From positions 86,366,001-86,430,000 of the forward strand of contig OZ024742.1 of assembly GCA_964016885.1 (NCBI GenBank): a DNA stretch of 64,000 nucleotides, read 5' to 3'. The notes under the pieces were generated by a model. It worked only from the letters and a program-made list of their open reading frames with translations. It had not been told where the DNA came from and did no database searches. Source of the DNA: Eledone cirrhosa. Taxonomy: Eukaryota. Position numbers and translations under genes: made by a program. Positions 40,835-57,305 of this stretch are shown piece by piece. Each line of letters begins with the position of its first letter. Position 1 is the first letter of the stretch.

Positions 40835-41496
40835 ATTTGAAGACTAAAATCCAAAGAGTGCTCGATCAGTATAAATATATATCAAATATATAAGAACCGT
40901 AGAGCAAATATTTCTTAAAATAGCAGATTAAGGTTTAAGCGAAGATTCGCTGCTTTCACCCTTAACGGGATCTTCAGAGGATGGACTTTTTTAGTTTCAG
41001 AAGATCCTGTTCGGGCTGAAAGCAGCGATTATTTGCTTTAACTTTAATCTGTTATTTTAATAAATGTATATATATATATAGAGATTTTGAGTATATGTTG
41101 GTTGCATACCAACACCTCAGTATGCAGGCTGGAGCACTCGACGAAGTGCGCAGGTTGGTTTGGTTACTCCGGAGTAATGTAAAATAAAGTTAAATAAAAA
41201 GTCATATGTTTTAAATTTAACTACGTTTATTACTGCTATATATATGTCAGTGACAGCCATCTTTGGCTGTGACCTCTTCATATGATTCCAGTTCCTCAGT
41301 GAAATAACAACCCAACCAGGAACTGGGCATATCAGAGTATTGACAAAATTATACACCTCAACAACATATGTACTTGTCTATACCACACTAATTCGGACTG
41401 CCTGAAGAGGTCACATCCAAAGATGGCTGTCACTGAAATATATATAGCAGTAATAAACGAAGATAAATTTTAAACATTTGACTTTTTATTTAACTT

Positions 41497-41548
<52 letters not shown>

Positions 41549-42034
41549 TAAAATAAGAGATTAAAGTTTAAGCAAAGAATCGCTGCTTGCAGTTGTTCTC
41601 CACAGTCCACATAAGACGTATTATCTTCGTTTTTTCCGTTCATTGCCAGAGAACGTCTGTATGAACCAATTAAGAGAATATTAGTCTACGACTTCTTTCA
41701 TACCATTGCGTGTAATTGTTTTTGACCGCTCCAAATAATGACGTATTATATTCGTTTTTTCCCGTTCGTTGCCAGGGAAAGGTTTCCACGAATGAAAGTA
41801 TCGTGTTCCGTTCTTCCTCCGGTTGCAAATTTTTTTTAAAATATTCACTTTTGCGTTCAAATATTGACTTTGTTATTTTCAGAAGATCCCGTTAAGGGTG
41901 AAAGCAGCGATTCTTTGCTTAAACTTTAATCTTTTATTTTAATAAATATTTGCTCTACGTTTCTTATATATTTGATATATATTTATCCTTATCGAGCCCT
42001 CTTTCGATTTTAGTCTTCAAATTTATAATTATTA

Positions 42035-42035
<1 letters not shown>
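40835..42035. repeat. Nest of HHR-bearing fold-back repeats
   Basis: Outer arms 40835-40978 / 41875-42035, inner arms 41195-41280 / 41400-41505. HHR-like motifs at 40933-40977 (-), 40993-41043 (+), 41232-41280 (-), 41397-41451 (+), 41877-41925 (+). Confidence 0.75.
41397..41451 (+). ncRNA. Type I hammerhead ribozyme
   Basis: actgc CTGAAGA ggt c acatcca aaga tggctgt c act GAAA t atat a TA gcagt; perfect 5-bp stem I. Confidence 0.78.
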
Positions 42036-42082
<47 letters not shown>

Positions 42083-42329
42083 GTGTGTCAGGTCCCTCTT
42101 GAGTGCTACTGGTAACATGTAAACCAGTACAACCTGTGGCATGGTCGGGTTGTCGGTGACTAAACTGGCAACCCCGCCAAGTTTACTTGGTGAGGAGGGT
42201 GATTTTGGGTACCCTGAACCACAAAAAACAAATCCCGACAAGGGGCGGAAGAACTGATAAGAGTCGACGGCCATCCAAAAAATGTGTAAATATGTATATA
42301 CACATGTACATATGTATGTGTATGTATAT

Positions 42330-43382
42330 ACGAGCTGGGGTGTCAGGGTTGTGCATGTACCTCTGTAAGAGGGGGGGGGGGGGCTAGACATACCCTTTTC
42401 ATGACAGCTCGTCCTACATTTGGTCCCACCTGACACTCAGCTCTCACCTGTGGTCATAAAAAGCTGTAGCATGCGACACCGGCCACAACCTGGTAAACCG
42501 CCTTGGCTGGCGGGCTGAACCAGGTTGAAAGTAGCCGGATGGGTCTGAAATCCCCCGGTGAGTTAGATGGGGGAAGCCTGCATGTGAAGACTGGACCCGG
42601 CTGAGTGAGTTGAGGAGGACAACATCGTCCCAACGATTACGAAGGCGGCGACAGCAAGTGGTGTGGAGCGATATGGCACGGCAAGGCACTACAGACGTCG
42701 TGGCCATCCACTGCAGCCAAGGAAGTCGCTGGTCGTGAGGGTCCTCCGTACCACCGGATTCTGGCTTCTGCGGCCGAGTGAGTGGTAGCGTCAATGTGCA
42801 CTGGCCCTCCCACTATAAACCTTTCCCGCACAGGTTTCTTCTTTAGCGTACACTCCCAAAGCCCTGCAGTCATGGGCGAGAAGCGGAGGTAACAGGTGGA
42901 GGTAACCTCTGGGAGTTGCCAGTCACAAACCCACATGTGGGCGTCCTGGATGCGAAAGTCGTTCTTCTACTGACCCTGGGATGAAAGAGGAGATCAGGCG
43001 TTCCACCAGACGACTGAGCAGGCCTTTTCAAGGGAGCACTGCTCATCCTCGCACGAGGTGAGGAGCGTTAAAAGGAGCCCTAACCAAATGCTCGTCCCAC
43101 ACAAAGCCGATTTGTCTACCGCGGCTGGCGGTTTTACCCTTCCAAGCGGTAGAAGCGCCAAAGACTCTTTTGAAGAGAAGAGACGGGTAGAGGTCACTGC
43201 GACCCGTGAAAGGAGGATAAAGGCAACAACAAATGCCCCAAGTGACTCCGGTCTCTTCCCCTGCTCCCACTCTCCCCGGACCTGCAATTCTAGGATCGGC
43301 CTTCACAGCCATCTTCGTGCCCACCTCAGACGAGAACTAAAACAAAGAAGATATCATCATCGTTTACGATGGACAACAAAGA
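42330..43382 (+). mobile_element. Internally deleted (non-autonomous) RTE-type LINE
   Basis: GC-rich 5'UTR-like segment joined near 43155 to the RTE C-terminus FEEKRR...RERR...FPCSHSPRTCNSRIGLHSHLRAH; no APE or RT between them. Confidence 0.7.
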
Positions 43383-44566
43383 TATTTATATACAGTGAAA
43401 GAGGGAAGAATAACATGGCCAACAGTACAAAAAAGGGGTTTCTTTACAGTATTAAAAATTGTTTCATTGGTTAAGTTGTCTCAAAATTGCTAATCACTTG
43501 AAGTTGTGTCACCCAATTTTAAATAATGAAATCTGCAGAGAAGTTGTTTAAAATTATACACAGCGTTTGCAAATTCAAATTACATAATTAATTAAGTAAG
43601 AAAAAAAAGAAGAAGAAAACGAAGAAAATAGAAAAAATGTAGAGAGGAAAAAAGAGAAAGAAAGAAAGAAAAAAGAAAAAGAGAATAAAGAGAGAAAAAA
43701 AAGATAAGGAAAAAGAAAAATACAGAGAAAAAATAAAAGTAGTCATAATAAATGAATAATAATAAATAAGTTATAACAAAGATGATAAATAATAAATAAA
43801 AATGTCGTGTGCGAAGAAAATGAACATAATATGATTGTTGAAAATAGTTGTGGTATTGGTCGTTAAAATATAAATATATGATGGTATTGGTGGGTGGTTA
43901 AAATAGTTGTGATATAAACATGAAAGTATTAAATATATTCATATATGTATTATTTAAATTAATAAATTAATAAATTGGAAGTTATATTAGAAGTGAAGAT
44001 AATACGATAGGTTATAACGTAGGAGATTAAATACGTTTAGTTATAAGATAGAAAATGAAAGAGAGAAAATATAATAGGTTATGATGTTGATTCATTGACA
44101 GACAATAACAATAATAACAACAATGATGATAATGGGTTATTATAATAGACTCGGGTGATATAATTTGAATATATGGAATTGTTGAGTCGAATCAAGTTTG
44201 TTTGAAATTATCAAATTTATTTGCTGTTTTATGTCTACCGAAAATTGACCGTTCAATTTTTCTGTTAAGCAACATTTTGTCATATTTTAAAATATGGAAT
44301 AGTTCCATATTACAAAGTCAACAGTGGGACATAACAATGTTGTAAGCCAATGCCCCTGACAATTTAGACCAGTTAATCCTGTATTCGTGATTTGTATCTT
44401 TGAGCTGCCAGATTTTATTGGCGAGCGTTGTTGTATTCATTAGTTTACGTTTTTTTTTCAAACGAACTTGATTCGACCCAACAATTCCATAATTCAAATT
44501 ATACACCCTGAGTCTATTATAATAACCCATTATCATAATTGTTGTTATTATTGTTATTAACTGTCA

Positions 44567-45054
44567 GGCGGTGGATTGGCAGTATCGGTAGAGGGTCGGA
44601 CGCCATGCTTGTTAACATAGTTACGTCCCTTTTTATTCTGAGTTCTAATCCCACTGAGGTTAACTTTTCCTTTTTAGTGTTCTGTCAGACCCAGAATTAT
44701 TTACTTGAGTAAATATCATCAGAATCTAACTACTAATTTTTATACAGAAAAGGATATGATATATTTACAAAACACCATATCGAATACATGTCTTAATTTT
44801 ATTTTAACTCCGATATAATCGTGGTACACAAAATACCCTCATGCATATTTAGGTTTAGTTCAAGCTCGTGCTTAACATGTTCTTCTCCAGTGTTGTTGGA
44901 AGTTGCAAAAGAGGGTTCTAGACTTTCGACGGGAAGTAACTCTAACTACTGCCCTGTCTAAAGAGCGCTACACCTTTCATCCTTACGTGGTCGATAAAAT
45001 AAAGTACCAGTTATGTACTGGGTAATTGCTGGCCTTGTGCCCAAAGTAGCAACA
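44567..45054 (+). mobile_element. tRNA-derived SINE with 20-bp TSD, interrupted by a 300-bp insert
   Basis: TSD attattgttattaactgtca at 44547-44566 and 45055-45074; the empty site is visible in the mirror arm near 44095. Confidence 0.88.
44673..44972. mobile_element. Probable solo LTR (or short TIR element) inside the SINE
   Basis: 4-bp TSD cctt; ends tttagtgttct ... agagcgctaca are imperfect inverted termini of TG..CA type. Confidence 0.5.
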
Positions 45055-46070
45055 ATTATTGTTATTAACTGTCAATGAGTCAACATCATAACCTATTATA
45101 TTTTCTCTCTTTCATTTTCGATCTTTTAATGTATTTCCCTAAATATATTTCATCTCCTACATTATAAACTATCGTATTATCTTCACTTCTTATATAACAT
45201 CCAATTTATTAATTTATTAATTTAAATAATACATATATGAATATATTTAATACTTTCATATTTAATACTTTCATGTTTATACCATAATATCTTTATATTT
45301 TAACCACCAAAACCACAACTATTTTCAACAATCATATTATGTTCATTTTCTTTGCACACATATTTTTAAATTGATTATTTATCATATTCGCTATAACTTA
45401 TTTATTATAATTCATTTATTATTACTACTTCTATTTTTTCTCTCTATTTTTCTTATTCATTATCTTTTTTCTTTTTTCTTTCTTCTTTTTTCTTCTTTCT
45501 TGCTTTCTTTCTTGCTTTCTTTCTCTCTTTCTTTCTCTTTTTTCTCTCTATTTTTTTCCTTTTTCTTCTTTTTTCTTTTTTTCTTCTTTTTCTTTTTCTT
45601 TATTACTTTCTTTATTAATGTTGTTGTAATTTGAATTTGCAAACGCTGTGTATAATTTTAAACAGTTTTTCTGATGATTTGGTTAAGCATACATCGTGTT
45701 TAAAATTGAGTGACACAACTTCACGTGATTAGCAATTTTAAGACAACTTAACCAATGAAACAATTGTTAAAAGTGTAAATAAACCCTTTTTTTGCTGTTG
45801 ATCATGTTATTCTTCACACTTATTATTCCAAGATTAACTTACATAGGAACATGTGAGAACTTATATGCTCGCTACCCAAGGACACCTCTTTTTGAGTCAA
45901 ACTACGCTAAAACTATCCACAGCCTCTAGCTGGATTATCTATAACGATAACTTGTTATCCCTTATATATATATATATATATACATAGGTCCCGGGTCGAG
46001 TCGGGGATAACCACAGTAAGTAAGGTACTCAATACATGGCAGAGTAAAAAAAAAATTATTTTATAGAAGG

Positions 46071-46121
46071 AGCTTCTACAGGACTAGTACTGTTTCATTC
46101 AGATGAAATCTTCAGGAAGCT
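46071..46121 (-). ncRNA. Type I hammerhead ribozyme, complete
   Basis: agcuuc CUGAAGA u uuca uc ugaa u GAAA cag uacuaguc cug UA gaagcu. Confidence 0.82.
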
Positions 46122-46829
46122 GGGTGTCATATTAAGTTCTGGTATTTATACATTTAGGTAGTGGTAAGGGAGGGGTGGTGGATGGGGGGGGGGGGTACTT
46201 AGATACACAGGACCACTTCATGACACAGGCCGTTCTTTCTTTTGGGGAGTGGTCAATTAGCCAGAGTGCTTTTTTGAAATAAATAAATAAGTAAATAAAT
46301 AAATAAATGAATAAATAGATAAATGAATAAATAAATAAAGAAAATAAAGTATAGGTAAATATATGTGAAAAAATGGGGAGAAGAATACTGCTAGTTGCAC
46401 ATGGATAACATGTAATAAAATAAGTCCCTCATCAGTGATTTGACGACGATCATAGATATTTCATTGCATTAAAAATCATATACCTCACGTCGGTGCAATA
46501 ATAACTAAATTAAGTTATTAGGACAATTAAAACGCGTAAAGCGAGTGAGACAAGATAACAACAAGGATAGCTAACCGTAGAAAGATGGAGACAAGCTTCA
46601 TAGTTATTCTGTTAGCATAAGGTAGGTGAATATATGAGCGCTTAGAAAAAAGACCTTTCAGCAGCGAATTCAAATGTGAGATAGAGAAAACGATTTCGTC
46701 GCGAACGGGGTGAAGTGAGAAGAGGAGAAACAGTGAGTGAGTGAGTGGAAGTGTGAGGAATAGTTAACTGACATGACAGAGGGGGCGAAAGAAAGTAGGA
46801 GAAACAGAGAGAGCGAGGGAGCAGTAAGA

Positions 46830-46890
<61 letters not shown>

Positions 46891-47252
46891 CACATAAATA
46901 CATATATATACACACATATATACATATATATATACATATACATATACATACATACATACACACATACACATATACAAGCAGACACGCATACATACACATA
47001 CATACATACAAATAAATACACATAAACGCATATGCACAAACACGCACTCGTTCGCACTCATACATGTGTCTATAATATAATGGTAGTGGGACAAATTTTA
47101 ATTTTAAATATGTGTGTGTGTGTATATGTATGTGTGTGTATGTGTATGTGTATGTATATACGCACACACATATGTGTGTGTATATATATATGTATGTATA
47201 TATGTATATATATATGTGTGTGTGAGTGTGTAGGTGTGCACATATACACATG

Positions 47253-47340
<88 letters not shown>

Positions 47341-47858
47341 GGTATATATATGTGTGTGTAAGTGTTTTTGTATGTGGTTGTGAGTATGTAAATATATTTT
47401 ACTCTTTCCATTCTACAAAAACACTCTGGCCACCTGTGGCTTGTATGTTAACTTGACCACTCACCCCAGTCTGTGCCATGATTCGGTCTTGTTAAATGTT
47501 TAATTTCTATTACCAACCCACCTAAAAAATTTCCCTACTATATATCTGTTGAATTACTATTCTTGGGGTTTTTATTTATTTATTTTTTTTTATTTTTTCT
47601 TTTTAAATTTATTTTTTTCTTTATTTTCTTTATTTATTTATTCATTTATCTATTTATTCATTTATTTATTTATTTACTTATTTATTTATTTCAAAAAAGC
47701 ACTCTGGCTAATTGACCACTCCCCAAAGAAAAAACGGCCTGTGCCATGAAGTGGTCCTGTTTATCTAAGTGCCATCCCCCCAAAAAAATCCCCCCCATCC
47801 ACCACCCCTCCCTTACCACTACCTAAATGTATAAATACCAGAACTTAATATGACACCC

Positions 47859-47909
47859 AGCTTCCTGAAGATGTCATCTGAATGAAACAGTACTAGTCCT
47901 GTAGAAGCT
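47859..47909 (+). ncRNA. Type I hammerhead ribozyme (mirror copy, one stem II mutation)
   Basis: agcttc ctgaaga tgtcatctgaat gaaa cag tactagtc ctg ta gaagct. Confidence 0.78.
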
Positions 47910-48011
47910 CCTTATATAAAATAAAAATCTCTCTCTCTATATATATATATAATACTGCCACTCTCTTTTGTTCCCGTTCCATTTTTCACTATATATATAT
48001 ATGTGTCTGAG

Positions 48012-48047
<36 letters not shown>

Positions 48048-49590
48048 AAATAGACCATTTACATTGCATCGTTTAAACCACCGAGTAAATTGTGTAATCT
48101 CTGTCTTCTAGTGACACATATTATAATCTTTTCGAAACTAGACCTCCTTAATAGAAAGTCAGAAACATTTTCCGCGTGCCAAAACCGATACCGTCACTCG
48201 TTCCATAATTTTAAACTTAGCTGCTAGTATATATCAATGTCAGATTTGAATTCACCACCACCATTAACACTTTACATCTCGGACTTATCAGCCCACACAA
48301 TAACACACTCATTCATCAGCTCTTTCCTCTACACAACTACTATGTATATCTAACTCTGCAATAACTGTTAGAATTAAACAAAAGGTTACCACCTTTTGGT
48401 ATAACTACTATAGCTTAATTATATCATATAAAGTAATAGATATTTAATATGTAGAGACATTTAATGTAACATGTAATAATAAACTATATATACATTTATA
48501 TAATTAAATCTTTAATTAATAACATGTATATAAGGGATCTACCTTTAATACAATGTAATAATAATAAAGTATATATACATTTATAATTAAATATATAATG
48601 TAATAGCATTGTATATAAGGGATTAATATTTAAACAATAATGTATATTATTACACAAATGATATATCTAGTTAGACTTATAAACATATATTTTCCATAAC
48701 ATATATATTGTCCAGTAATGAATAGATAACGATCTTAAGGGACCTTTAATGTATTTTAATAAAATACACTGTATTTAAAATCAAGTATAAATGTATAGCA
48801 TTATGTAATAGAGGGCGGTGGATTAGCAGTATCGGTAGATGGTCGGACGCCATGCTTTCCAGCATAGTTACGTCTCTTTACGGTCTGAGTTCAAATCCCG
48901 CTGAGGTTAACTTTGCCTTTCATCCTTACGGGGTCGATAAAATAAAGTACCAGTAATGTACTGGGTAATTGATGGCCTTGTGCCAAAAGTAGAAACAATT
49001 ATGTAATAGAGATTCAATTGTATCACATTATAATGTGTATTAGAGCAAATATTTTGAATAACTGAATTTAATTAGCTAGTTACCTCCCATTATGTATTAG
49101 CTCCCGTTACTCACTTCCGGAAATTTTAACCGTTGGAAAACCTACCTGTTGAAAAACTATAGTCCATGTATATGAATAGAATAAGACTAATTTACAATCT
49201 ATTGTTTAACTGACTTAAAATATTTCTACACACCTGCATATGTATTGCTAATGAACTCTTTCTTTCTCAAAGCTCCTTTCACAATGCCTCTTTAATTATT
49301 AGACTATTCTCTTGTATTATCTGTTTCATGTACTCCACCCTGTGCTTTTAATTTGAATTTGAATGTTTGTACAATTCTCGTAAAATATATGTCACATTCA
49401 TTCCACCCTGTAAATACGAAACCTTTGATCACAACATCAATATATATGTATCTATATTATTGTTCAGTTGAATAGGAGGTTAATTTCATGTACAGACATT
49501 GATAATGCTCCGATGACTCCAAATGAGAGTTTGGAAGAAACGATTTTCAGCTATGAAATGATTTGAATACAACTTTGATAATGTCTAATT
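48048..49590 (+). mobile_element. Penelope-like 3' fragment with pseudo-LTR and decayed HHR (49507-49551)
   Basis: 48048-48227 encodes SKLCNLCLL..HIII...LLNRKSETFSAC; gct CCGATGA c tccaaa tgagag tttgga a GAAAC gattt tc agc; (TA)n on both sides. Confidence 0.72.
48813..48998 (+). mobile_element. Full-length tRNA-derived SINE with 14-bp TSD
   Basis: TSD attatgtaatagag at 48800-48813 and 48998-49011; A and B boxes present. Confidence 0.9.
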
Positions 49591-49603
49591 TATATATATA
49601 TAT

Positions 49604-49649
<46 letters not shown>

Positions 49650-50185
49650 AAAACGACAAAACAGAGATGCAATTTTTTCAATTATTTTTTCGCTTTATTG
49701 CAAAAAAGAAAAAGAAAGGATGATGTGTAGGGATTTAGCTTTTCTTCCAGAGTACGAAATATACAGATAGGTTTAAAATGGATAGAAACAGAAAATAAAA
49801 GGTAGGGTGATGTACAATAGAAAAATAACGAAATTGATTGTTTCGATTTTATGAAAAGGCCATCAATTACCCCAGTTCATTACTGGTGCCATATTTTATC
49901 GACCTCGTATGGATGAAAGGCAAAAACGAAAATAATGGTCGTGGATAAGCCAAAGCATTAGGTAGCCTTGGTAACGATTTTGGAACACAAATGAAATGTG
50001 TGCCTATTAGTGTCCATATTATGTCTGATGTATGTGTGAGTGTATGAGAAAGGTTAAGTGTTAATTGAAGTGTTAACATTTAATATTCTACGATACTATT
50101 TCATTGTAATACCGTTATACATTTTAAAGGAGTGTAAATAAAATGAGTAAATCAGACAAAGTTGGAACTCCTTTTATTAATATAC

Positions 50186-50247
<62 letters not shown>

Positions 50248-50854
50248 CGAAGAAAATGTGTAAGGAACCGGATGGACCATAACGCACCAGAGTACTCACT
50301 ACTTAGGATAGTAGAGTCCAGAAATAGCCGTCGAAACGTCTTGAGCTCTGCCGTCGGGGTCATACTTTTTCCTATATATATATATATATATCAAATAAAC
50401 AAGCGACGGACTGTACTACTCTTCATATCCTGATTAATGCAAACAGGAAAAAAACAGGGAATATCTTCTCATTTATTACAGTCGATATATTTCCAAAGAT
50501 AACCGATAAATTATTTACAATAATATTCAGAATAAATCAATTATGTGTCTTAAACATTTTGCATATATATATAAACAAAAAAGAAATGTTACTCTCTTCG
50601 GATGTTTTATATTCCAGAATTTGTTTTACTTGGTACGTTTATCGGAGATTAGTGTCAATCATTCTTAAGAACATATACAATATCAAAGAACGATTTATCT
50701 GAGATTTTATATATTTGTATTATATTTGATTTGGAAAAAAAAAACGAAAATATTTCGTTAGTAAAATCTAGAATATAAATAACAGAGCCTAGAATTTGTG
50801 TTTTACAATTTTTCGTTTCCTTTTCTCTTAAATGTCCACCTCTCACGCGCACAC

Positions 50855-51072
50855 CCACATATCTAGACACTCCAATAAATGAAAACATTAACACTTCTAT
50901 TAGAATGCATATAGCACACACATACACCCAGATCTAGACACTCCAATAAACCAAAACATTAACACCTCTATTAGAATACATATAACACACACATACACAC
51001 ATATCTAGACACTCCAATAAACCAAAGCATTACCACTTCTATAAGAATACACATAATACACACATACACACA
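50855..51072. repeat. About 72-bp minisatellite x3
   Basis: atctagacactccaataaa...cattaac..ttctat.agaat.ca.ata.cacac repeated three times. Confidence 0.85.
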
Positions 51073-51680
51073 CATATATATATACATATATACAAAGAGA
51101 GAACGAGAGAGAGAGAGAGAGAGATAGATAGAGGCAGAGTGAGAGAGGCAGAGAGAGAGAGGGGGGATGGGTTATGGAAAAATATAAAAAAAAGATTAAG
51201 TTACGCACTTATTTAATCAAGTCACTTTTTCCCTTAATCTTGGAACACGTGGTTGTTGCACCATTACGCCGTGCATTGTCCTGTACAACACTTGTGATTG
51301 TCTAGAGAATATGTATTCCTGTCACTTCTTCATTCAATCGATCAGGATTTAACTTTCAGGTTGTGACAAGGCGTGGTTTTTACTGTTGCACTGATTGAAC
51401 CCAGTGCAGGCGGTGTATTACATTCTTAAAGCGTTTCTAATATTCATCACTGGTTGGCACACAGTTCAAAAATGCATAATAACAGTGACAATAAATAAGA
51501 GGTGTGCAGATGTTGAATTGGTTTCTTCAGTTCTTTTCATTATATACCATTGAATATATGAGAGAGATGAACACCGATACAAGAATACATGTTTCGAATT
51601 GCAAATGACCAAGTTAGCTCGGTTGAAAAAAATACTAATTTAAAACAATATGGTTTGCTTGACTAGAATTCGAGTAATAA

Positions 51681-52035
51681 TATATACATCGCTATTTCAG
51701 AGCACCAATTCTAATTTTCAACTTTTGCTGGACCGTCAACCGCTCTGTATAATCAGTTCCTAATTATTACTGGAATTCTATAAGAGTCCAACATTCATAA
51801 TTTTCAACAGGCAAAGGGAGTGCTAAGCTCTGAGTAATACCAACAGTATGAAACAGAGCTCTGTCAGCTTATCACCCTTTGTTCTTTGAAAAAAGAAGTA
51901 TGTGACATAGTCACTACTTTAAAACAATAGCGTACGGTCTTCAAAATGTTTTTAATTAAGCGTACAGTATATTACCAAGTACACTATATATACATTCATA
52001 TATACATCGCTATTTCAGAGCACCATTTCTAATAT
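51681..52035 (+). mobile_element. 318-bp retrozyme-like monomer with terminal redundancy, related to the 310-bp unit
   Basis: tatatacatcgctatttcagagcacc at 51681 and 51999; colinear blocks shared with the 310-bp unit; HHR-like motif at 51824-51871. Confidence 0.78.
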
Positions 52036-52194
52036 ATATATACATTTATATAATACAAATAGTGAAAACAATGGCATTTAACAAAATACGGGTAATTCAT
52101 AGTAAAATTCATTATTTTATGATCGTTTCTGGGGGGTAGTTCTCCGTATGTTTATTCTATTAGTGATCTATGTAAAATATATTACAAATGATCA

Positions 52195-56317
<4,123 letters not shown>

Positions 56318-57079
56318 TGTGTGTGTGTATGTACATGGATGTGGCTTTAATGCAATTTATTGAGCTATACATGTTTCCCACTACTCACATACAATTATAT
56401 ATAAATGATGATTCAAATAGGTAATCTCTTCGTTATAAAACAAATAGTCGATAATCTAGAACATTGCCTATGTTTTAATCACAGTTATTCTACGGTATAT
56501 GAAATCAATAAATGTAATACTTTATTTCCATTAGAAACCATAGACAGAATTGACCTAAACGATATATATATACATTAAGTGTCTTATTTTAAATTAAATT
56601 ATTTTTCTTAATATATAAATATTGATTGAGAAAACCATATGGTTATATGTTGATTACATTTTTATTTTCAAGTCTCACATAGCAAATAAAAGTTCACACC
56701 ATATTTACCTAAAAATAGTATTAATAAATGTAATTATACACAATTTGTAGCATCCCACTTGAGAGTTATTTGTCGAAAGTCAGTTGAGATGATTATTGTT
56801 CACAACTGATTTGATTTGCTAAGATTGTCCTGGGCATTATATATATACATACATGAGAACACAATGATATAATGATACATAGGAACACAGAAACACAATC
56901 GAACACCAAAGTTATCACACAAACACACGCACACACGCACACGCACACACACACACACACACACGCACACACAGACACACACACACAGACACACACACAC
57001 ACACAGACACACACACACACACACACACATACACGCACACACACACACACGCACACACACACGCACACACACACACACG

Positions 57080-57112
<33 letters not shown>

Positions 57113-57258
57113 TTATTTATTAAAATAACATATTCAAGTTTAAGCAAAGAATCGCTGCTCTCACCCTTAATATTTTAATAAATATTTGCTCTAGGGTTCT
57201 TATATAGTTGATATATATTCATTATCGAGCCCTCTTTGGATGTTAGTCTTCACATTTA

Positions 57259-57305
<47 letters not shown>

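Larger units (their letters stand above)
43400..45820. mobile_element. Penelope-like insertion with inverted pseudo-LTR
   Basis: Arms about 43400-44205 and 44460-45820 are reverse complements. Central minus-strand GIY-YIG tail: TTLANKIWQLKD...INWSKL..A.AY....C*LC..E..HI...LLNRK.E...RH. Confidence 0.85.
46055..47930. mobile_element. Fold-back with about 290-bp arms, each carrying an HHR
   Basis: 46055-46350 versus 47610-47930 are reverse complements, with microsatellite-rich filler between. Confidence 0.8.
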
